Assembly: GCA_000151265.1 (NCBI GenBank)
Contig: GG663750.1
Span: 341,915-373,914, forward strand
Direction: 5' to 3'
Length of the DNA: 32,000 nt
Source of the DNA: Micromonas pusilla
Taxonomy: Eukaryota
The notes beneath the pieces are model-generated. The model saw only the letters and a list, made by a program, of their open reading frames with translations, was not told where the DNA came from and searched no databases. Both the position numbers and the translations under genes were made by a program. This document shows, in pieces, positions 28,407-32,000 of the stretch (position 1 is the stretch's first letter; the number at the start of each line of letters is the position of its first letter).

Positions 28407-28509
28407 GGGGGGCTTTCGAGGCGGCGGGTGGACCCCAGACGACGACGGACTCGCGGAGCCGCTGCTGCTCGAGGACGACGAACAGGAGGACGCGAACGAG
28501 GCGAACTAA
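24613..28509 (+). CDS. OSCA/CSC1/TMEM63-like hyperosmolality-gated cation channel (RSN1_TM + cytosolic domain + RSN1_7TM)
   Basis: Model is join(24613..24949, 25145..25789, 25974..26393, 26578..26771, 26956..28509); intron phases are 1, 1, 1, 0. Seen after splicing: GADARDYLRVQRHLL..ALAVVS-A-PALLILLPVAW; CAFVVFKDRKTADDA; WRADRAPPPSGVLWRNVGVS-A-SERVARLVTIYALVFLGLVF; FLPQLCVLLMIYVLIPYVLER..EKHLTRSG; FDLPGQHAFNVTVLACSLSYAALAPVLLVPGTLFFAARYLVHKHNLL. These match the W..AP.P.D..W.N and 7TM landmarks of the family. Gly/Asp-rich C-terminal tail. The start ATG 24613 is the first in frame after the upstream gene's stop. Confidence 0.8.
24950..25144 (+). mobile_element. Introner element copy IE9, OSCA-like intron 1
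   Basis: CGTCTCAG|GCGCGTCCCGTGCACTGGTTCTCCCCATACGGCCGCGTCGGCGTGGTGAACGCCGATCCTTGAGGAC...CGCTTCGTATGGAACGACCCTCAG|CGCCCG. Length 195 nt, GC-AG, phase 1. Confidence 0.85.
25790..25973 (+). mobile_element. Introner element copy IE10, OSCA-like intron 2
   Basis: CGTCTCAG|GTGCGTTCTATACACTGGTCCCCATACGACCGCGTTGGCGTGGTGAACGCCGATCCTTAAGGAC...CGCTCGTATGGAACGGTCCTCAG|CCGCGG. Length 184 nt, GT-AG, phase 1. Confidence 0.9.
26394..26577 (+). mobile_element. Introner element copy IE11, OSCA-like intron 3
   Basis: CGTCTCAG|GTGCGTTCTATACACTGGTCCCCATACGACCGCGTTCGCGTGGTGAACGCCGTTTCATAAGGAC...CGCTCGTATAAAACGACCCTCAG|CGTCGG. Length 184 nt, GT-AG, phase 1. Confidence 0.9.
26772..26955 (+). mobile_element. Introner element copy IE12, OSCA-like intron 4
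   Basis: TCTTTCAG|GTGCGTTCTATACACTGGTCCCCATACGACCGCGTCGGCGTGGTGAACGCCGATCCTTAAGGAC...CGCTTCGTATGGAACGACCCTCAG|TTTCTC. Length 184 nt, GT-AG, phase 0. An in-frame alternative acceptor lies 12 nt downstream (CCCGCAG|CTT). Confidence 0.9.
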
Positions 28510-28514
28510 ACTAC

Positions 28515-28555
28515 CTAGACTAGAGCTACTGCGTTACATGACGAGAACGTGCGAA
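28515..28555 (+). repeat. Left copy of a ~41-nt direct repeat bracketing the BTB/KCTD gene
   Basis: ctagactaGAGctactgcgttacaTGacgagaaCgtgcgaa matches 29745..29785 at 35 of 41 positions. Both copies are preceded by gcgaacta; in the left copy that is the OSCA-like C-terminal codons plus stop (GCG AAC TAA). Confidence 0.7.
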
Positions 28556-28691
28556 AGAGAGGGCCCTTCGTTCCCTTCCCTTCCCGCGGCAGGGAGGTGA
28601 TATCTCGGACGAAACGAGAAAACGAGAAAACGACGCAGACGACGTGGCCTCGTTTCGTTCACTCCCCGCCGCGCCGGGACCACGCGATAAG

Positions 28692-29699
28692 ATGCCGACG
28701 ATCGACGACGTGAACGAGGCTGCCGGCGTCGTGAAAGAGACGTACACGACCGTGATGGCCGAGATGGCCGCCGCGGACGACGAGCTGAAGAGGAAGCGCG
28801 ACGCGCTCGAGGCCGAGAAGCAGAGCATGAAGGGCGCGCACGACGTCCAAAAGTCAAAGATAAAACTTATCGTCGGAGGCGCGACCTTCGTGACGTCGCT
28901 CTCGACGCTAACGTCGATCCCGGGCAACTTCTTCGCGGCGATGTTCTCCGGAAACTACGAGATGCTCCCGGACGACGACGACGGCTCGTACTTCATCGAC
29001 CGCGACGGGACGCACTTCCGTCATATCCTCAACTTTCTTCGCGAGCCAGACTCCACGTCCAATAAGACGTGCTACAACGGTCTGACCAAGTCGGAAAAGT
29101 CCGAGCTCGACAAAGAGCTTCAGTTCTACGGACTCTACGACAGGTTCCACAGCAAGGATTGGAAATTCAGGGAACTGAGCCGCGAGGAAGCCATCGCGGT
29201 GAAGTTCCTCGAGAACGCGCTCGAGAAAGACGAAGGGTACCCTTGCGATAAGGCTGCGATCGAGTCGGCGGTTTCTTTCGCTCGAGCACTGAGCTTCACG
29301 ATGTGCGGCGACCTCCTTAAGAGTTCGTACACCAACAGACACTGGATGATCACCGAGGATATCATCGAGGGCGCCCCAGTGTGGAAGACGACGTTCGGGG
29401 ACTGCGATACACTTTTGATGTATCGTAAGAGTCCTTACAACTACTGCGTGCATCTTTCTGTAACCAATTGGGAACTCATTTGGAACAGGGCACCGCGTGC
29501 GCACACTCCCGTCGCTCCCACCGAAGTGCCAGTGGATTCATGGAGAAGCGGTAAGACCGCGACGGATGCTACCTACCATCACTGCTTCGGAGGCGATGCT
29601 CGGCTGATCCCACAAATACGCTTCATCGACGTCGAAAAGCTCCCTGACGACTACCCGGTGATGCAAAAGGCGCTCGCGCGTCTCGCGGAGCTCGCGTGA
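28692..29699 (+). CDS. BTB/POZ (KCTD / T1-type tetramerisation domain) protein
   Basis: The first ATG is 28692 (MPTIDDVNE); the track ORF starts at GTG 28644. A coiled-coil-like N-terminus is followed by IKLIVGGATFVTSLSTLTSIPGNFFAAMFSGNYEMLPDDDDGSYFIDRDGTHFRHILNFLRE, the BTB_2 signature (V.L.VGG..F......L.......L..MF........D..G.YFIDRDG..F..ILN(F/Y)LR). Single exon. GC is clearly lower than in the neighbours. Confidence 0.8.
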   Translation: MPTIDDVNEAAGVVKETYTTVMAEMAAADDELKRKRDALEAEKQSMKGAHDVQKSKIKLIVGGATFVTSLSTLTSIPGNFFAAMFSGNYEMLPDDDDGSYFIDRDGTHFRHILNFLREPDSTSNKTCYNGLTKSEKSELDKELQFYGLYDRFHSKDWKFRELSREEAIAVKFLENALEKDEGYPCDKAAIESAVSFARALSFTMCGDLLKSSYTNRHWMITEDIIEGAPVWKTTFGDCDTLLMYRKSPYNYCVHLSVTNWELIWNRAPRAHTPVAPTEVPVDSWRSGKTATDATYHHCFGGDARLIPQIRFIDVEKLPDDYPVMQKALARLAELA

Positions 29700-29744
29700 G
29701 AACGAAAAAAAGAGAGACGAACGAACGAACGGAATCGAAGCGAA

Positions 29745-29785
29745 CTAGACTACGTCTACTGCGTTACAAAACGAGAAGGTGCGAA
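29745..29785 (+). repeat. Right copy of the ~41-nt direct repeat bracketing the BTB/KCTD gene
   Basis: ctagactaCGTctactgcgttacaAAacgagaaGgtgcgaa. It lies in the presumed 3' UTR of the minus-strand ARID gene and contains that gene's minus-strand TGTAA (29764..29768). Confidence 0.7.
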
Positions 29786-29874
29786 CGAAGCGTGCACGCG
29801 AGGTCTCTCCCTTGCCTAGGACGACCGCGTCGCTCGCTCCGCGCATCCCTGTACACCGTCGCGCGACCGCTCGT

Positions 29875-32000
29875 CTACATGAACAGCTCCTCGGACTCGC
29901 GATCGGCGACGCGAAACAAATCCGAGAGGTTCTCCGTCGACGTCATCCCCCCCGGAGTGTTCACGCCGCTCATCGCGCCGCTCCCTCCGCCGCCGTTCAC
30001 GCCGCCCCCGCCGCCGCCCGCGCTTCCCGCGTCCGCCCACAAGTTCGCGTCGAAATCCCCGAGCGAGTCCACCTTCGCGAGCGACGAGCTCCGATACACC
30101 CCCGTCGGGTTTAAATCTCTCAGCGGCGCGCGTCGACCGTCCGGGCTCCTCCGTCCGTCCGCGCCGCCGCCGCCGCCGCTCGACGCCGCGTACGGCACCG
30201 CCTCCGCGCTCGACGGCAGCCACCCGGGCCCGGACACCATCAGCCCGCCGCTGCCGAACGTCGTCGGCGACGGCTCCGGGGATGAATCCCCGCCCAGCGC
30301 GGACGACGGCGTCGCGCCCCCCGCGGCGCCGTCCAATCCCAGCCGCCGCATCCTCGCGCGGAACCCGCTGCCGACGTCGCCGCGCGCGCCGTCGCCGTCG
30401 CCGTCGGCGTGGAGGTTCACGCGGTCGGCGTGGTCCACGGGGGTTTTCATCGACATCGCGAGGGTGGCGGCGTCGCCTTGCCGCATCGCGCGCTCGATGT
30501 GCGCGCGGAGGAGGAGCGCGTCGTCGTCCGCGGCGGAGGACACCGCGTAGGCGTCCTCCACGGCGCGGCGCAGTAACCGCTCGACGGGGGACGCGGACAG
30601 GTCACCGCCGTCCTCGACGTCCATGTCGTCATCGTCTATCGCCTGCGTCTCGTACCTCTGCGGCGGCGGCATCGGCGCGACGAGCGCGTCGTAGTTGGAC
30701 GGCGGCGGAGAGCCGCCCCACCGCATCGCGTGGTCGGTCCAATGCGTCGTCGTCGTCGTCGTCGTCGTCGTCGGGTTCGACTTGGTCGGGTTCCGCGCGC
30801 GCTTCTTCGCCGCCGCGGTCGTCGCGGCGGTGGCCGCGTGTCCTCCGTTCGCGCCGCCCGCCGCTGCTGCCGCAGCCGCCGCCTTCTTCGCGGCCGCCGA
30901 CGGCTTCGCCGACCCCCCCGCGCCCTTCTCGGCTTTCTCCGCGGCGTTCGAGGCGTCCCCCCTCGCCGCCGTCGCCGGCGCCGGCCGCGGCGCCAGGTCC
31001 TGCGGGTGCGCGCGCTCGTACTCCAAAAAGTACTTCTCGTACGTGTTCAGCAGCAGCGTCCCGATGTCCGTGTACGTGTGCCCGTCGTAGTGGTTGCTCA
31101 TCTCTCGGAACACCTCCACCATGGAGAGGTTTTTCCGCGCCGTCGGCCGTTCGACGAAGCCGCCGCGATTGGTAACCTGCGTGGGTGAAGCGATCGGTCA
31201 GTCGAACGTCTTACCGGTCAAACGTTGAAAGGGAAGCGCGGGTGAAGAGTGTCGACGGGAAAAGTCCTTAAGGAACGGCGTGCACCACGCGAACGGGGTT
31301 GTACGGGGAGCAGTCTCACCGCGCGATAGAGGCCGTAGGTGTCGAACGGCTTGTTCGTGCGTTGGAGGCGGCGGTTGAGGGTGTGCGCGAGCTTATCGAA
31401 GTTGACGCCGTTCGCGACGTGCATCTCCTGCGCTCAGCGGAGAGGGGTGGGGACGTGAGGATGGAGTGATGGAGGGAGGGAGGGAGGACGGGGAGAGAGA
31501 GTCCTTAAGGAACGGCGTCCACCTCGCGAACGGGGTCGTATGGGGACCAGTCAGATTCGATTCGATTCGCTGAAAACGAACGATAAAACGACGGTCCGAG
31601 GTTGTTATTTCCGAGGAGACTCGAAGCTCCCGCGGCCGGGATCTCGCGCGCCGCGCCGCGCCGCGCGCTTCCGCGACGCCGCGCCGCCGCCTCCGCGCGC
31701 CTCGACGACTCGCGCACCTTGAACTCGCGCTCGAACGTCTCCCTCGGATCGTCCATCTCTCGCAGCGGCGGTCGTCCGCCGCTCGTCGACGCGAGCGCGT
31801 ACGCGTCGCGCGCCGCGCCGGCTCTTTCCCCCCCCAATCCCACGTCCGGGGAGAAACTCGCGTCGCGTCCTCCGCGCGACGCCAGCGGAGGCGGCGGCGG
31901 CATGAGAAGCGTCTCGAGCGCGGCCTGCTCGAAGTCTTCGAGATGCGGCGGGTTCGTGACGTGCGGCATCGCGTGCGCGTCGTACGCGTGATGGTACTCC
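29875..32000 (-). CDS. ARID/BRIGHT DNA-binding domain protein, 5'-partial (continues past the window end)
   Basis: Secure exons are 31176..29875 (with stop) and 31427..31320. Spliced ARID core: EMHVANGVNFDKLAHTLNRRLQRTNKPFDTYGLYRA|VTNRGGFVERPTARKNLSMVEVFREMS...TLLLNTYEKYFLEYE (pattern F..L..F....P....LDLY.LY..V...GG...W..V......L...Y.KYL..YE). The upstream coding frame (that of ORF 31505..31969) stays open to position 32000. The donor of the upstream intron is unresolved; the best candidate is TTCAAG|GTGCGCG at 31717, phase 0. Long low-complexity Ala/Gly/Thr C-terminal region. Confidence 0.65.
31177..31319 (-). mobile_element. IE-related intron IE13 (only the 5' half is IE-like)
   Basis: Sense strand reads TATCGCGCG|GTGAGACTGCTCCCCGTACAACCCCGTTCGCGTGGTGCACGCCGTTCCTTAAGGACTTTTCCC..., followed by unrelated sequence ...TTCACCCACGCAG|GTTACC. 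Length 143 nt, GT-AG, phase 0. Confidence 0.7.
31428..31717 (-). mobile_element. ARID intron containing an IE 5'-half fragment (IE14; IE-like core about 31497..31556)
   Basis: Sense strand contains (GAATC)3TGACTGGTCCCCATACGACCCCGTTCGCGAGGTGGACGCCGTTCCTTAAGGAC, then a C/T-rich tract, then CCGCTGAGCGCAG|GAGATG (acceptor at 31428). The 5' boundary is uncertain: candidate donors are 31717 (GTGCGC, phase 0), about 31620 (GTCTCC, phase 1) and about 31573 (GCGAAT, phase 0). Confidence 0.45.

Noticed and set aside
1-32000. A prokaryotic reading of the window: operons, RBS, phage or defence islands, integrons.
   Set aside because: Conserved proteins are recovered only after removing GT/GC-AG introns. 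The gene set is eukaryotic (DHHC, ARID, RING1, OLA1, HPAT, OSCA). The tRNA has a 37/38 intron and a T-run terminator. I saw no Shine-Dalgarno-type spacing and no co-directional operon structure.

Overview
GC-rich, gene-dense eukaryotic nuclear DNA, not prokaryotic. I call 17 protein-coding genes (7 with introns), one intron-containing tRNA-Ile(AAU), several local gene duplications, and 14 copies of a dispersed ~145-195 nt element. Each well-resolved copy coincides exactly with a spliceosomal intron in the sense orientation of its host gene. This element matches what I recall of the introner elements (IEs) of the prasinophyte alga Micromonas pusilla CCMP1545 (Worden et al. 2009; Huff, Zilberman and Roy 2016). 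The window is therefore most likely from that lineage, but this is recall and needs a BLAST check. IEs are a described system, not a new one. Several sequence-level details still deserve a second look. (a) Six IE introns begin with GC (GCGCGT) instead of GT; three of these junctions are confirmed by gap-free collinearity with conserved proteins. (b) The last 3-5 nt of the upstream exon co-vary with the last 3-5 nt of the IE, as if the acceptor AG were a target-site duplication. (c) Exon lengths between IEs are near multiples of ~190-215 nt. (d) IE-bearing conserved genes are interleaved with IE-free, intronless, lower-GC, locally duplicated repeat-family genes (zinc-ribbon, 27-aa ankyrin-like, Sel1+MYND, BTB/KCTD). 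(e) The BTB/KCTD gene is bracketed by ~41-nt direct repeats that duplicate the neighbouring 3' end region. All product calls come from motif recognition by eye; no database search was run. Many long Arg/Ala-rich ORFs in the supplied track are GC-composition artefacts and were rejected.
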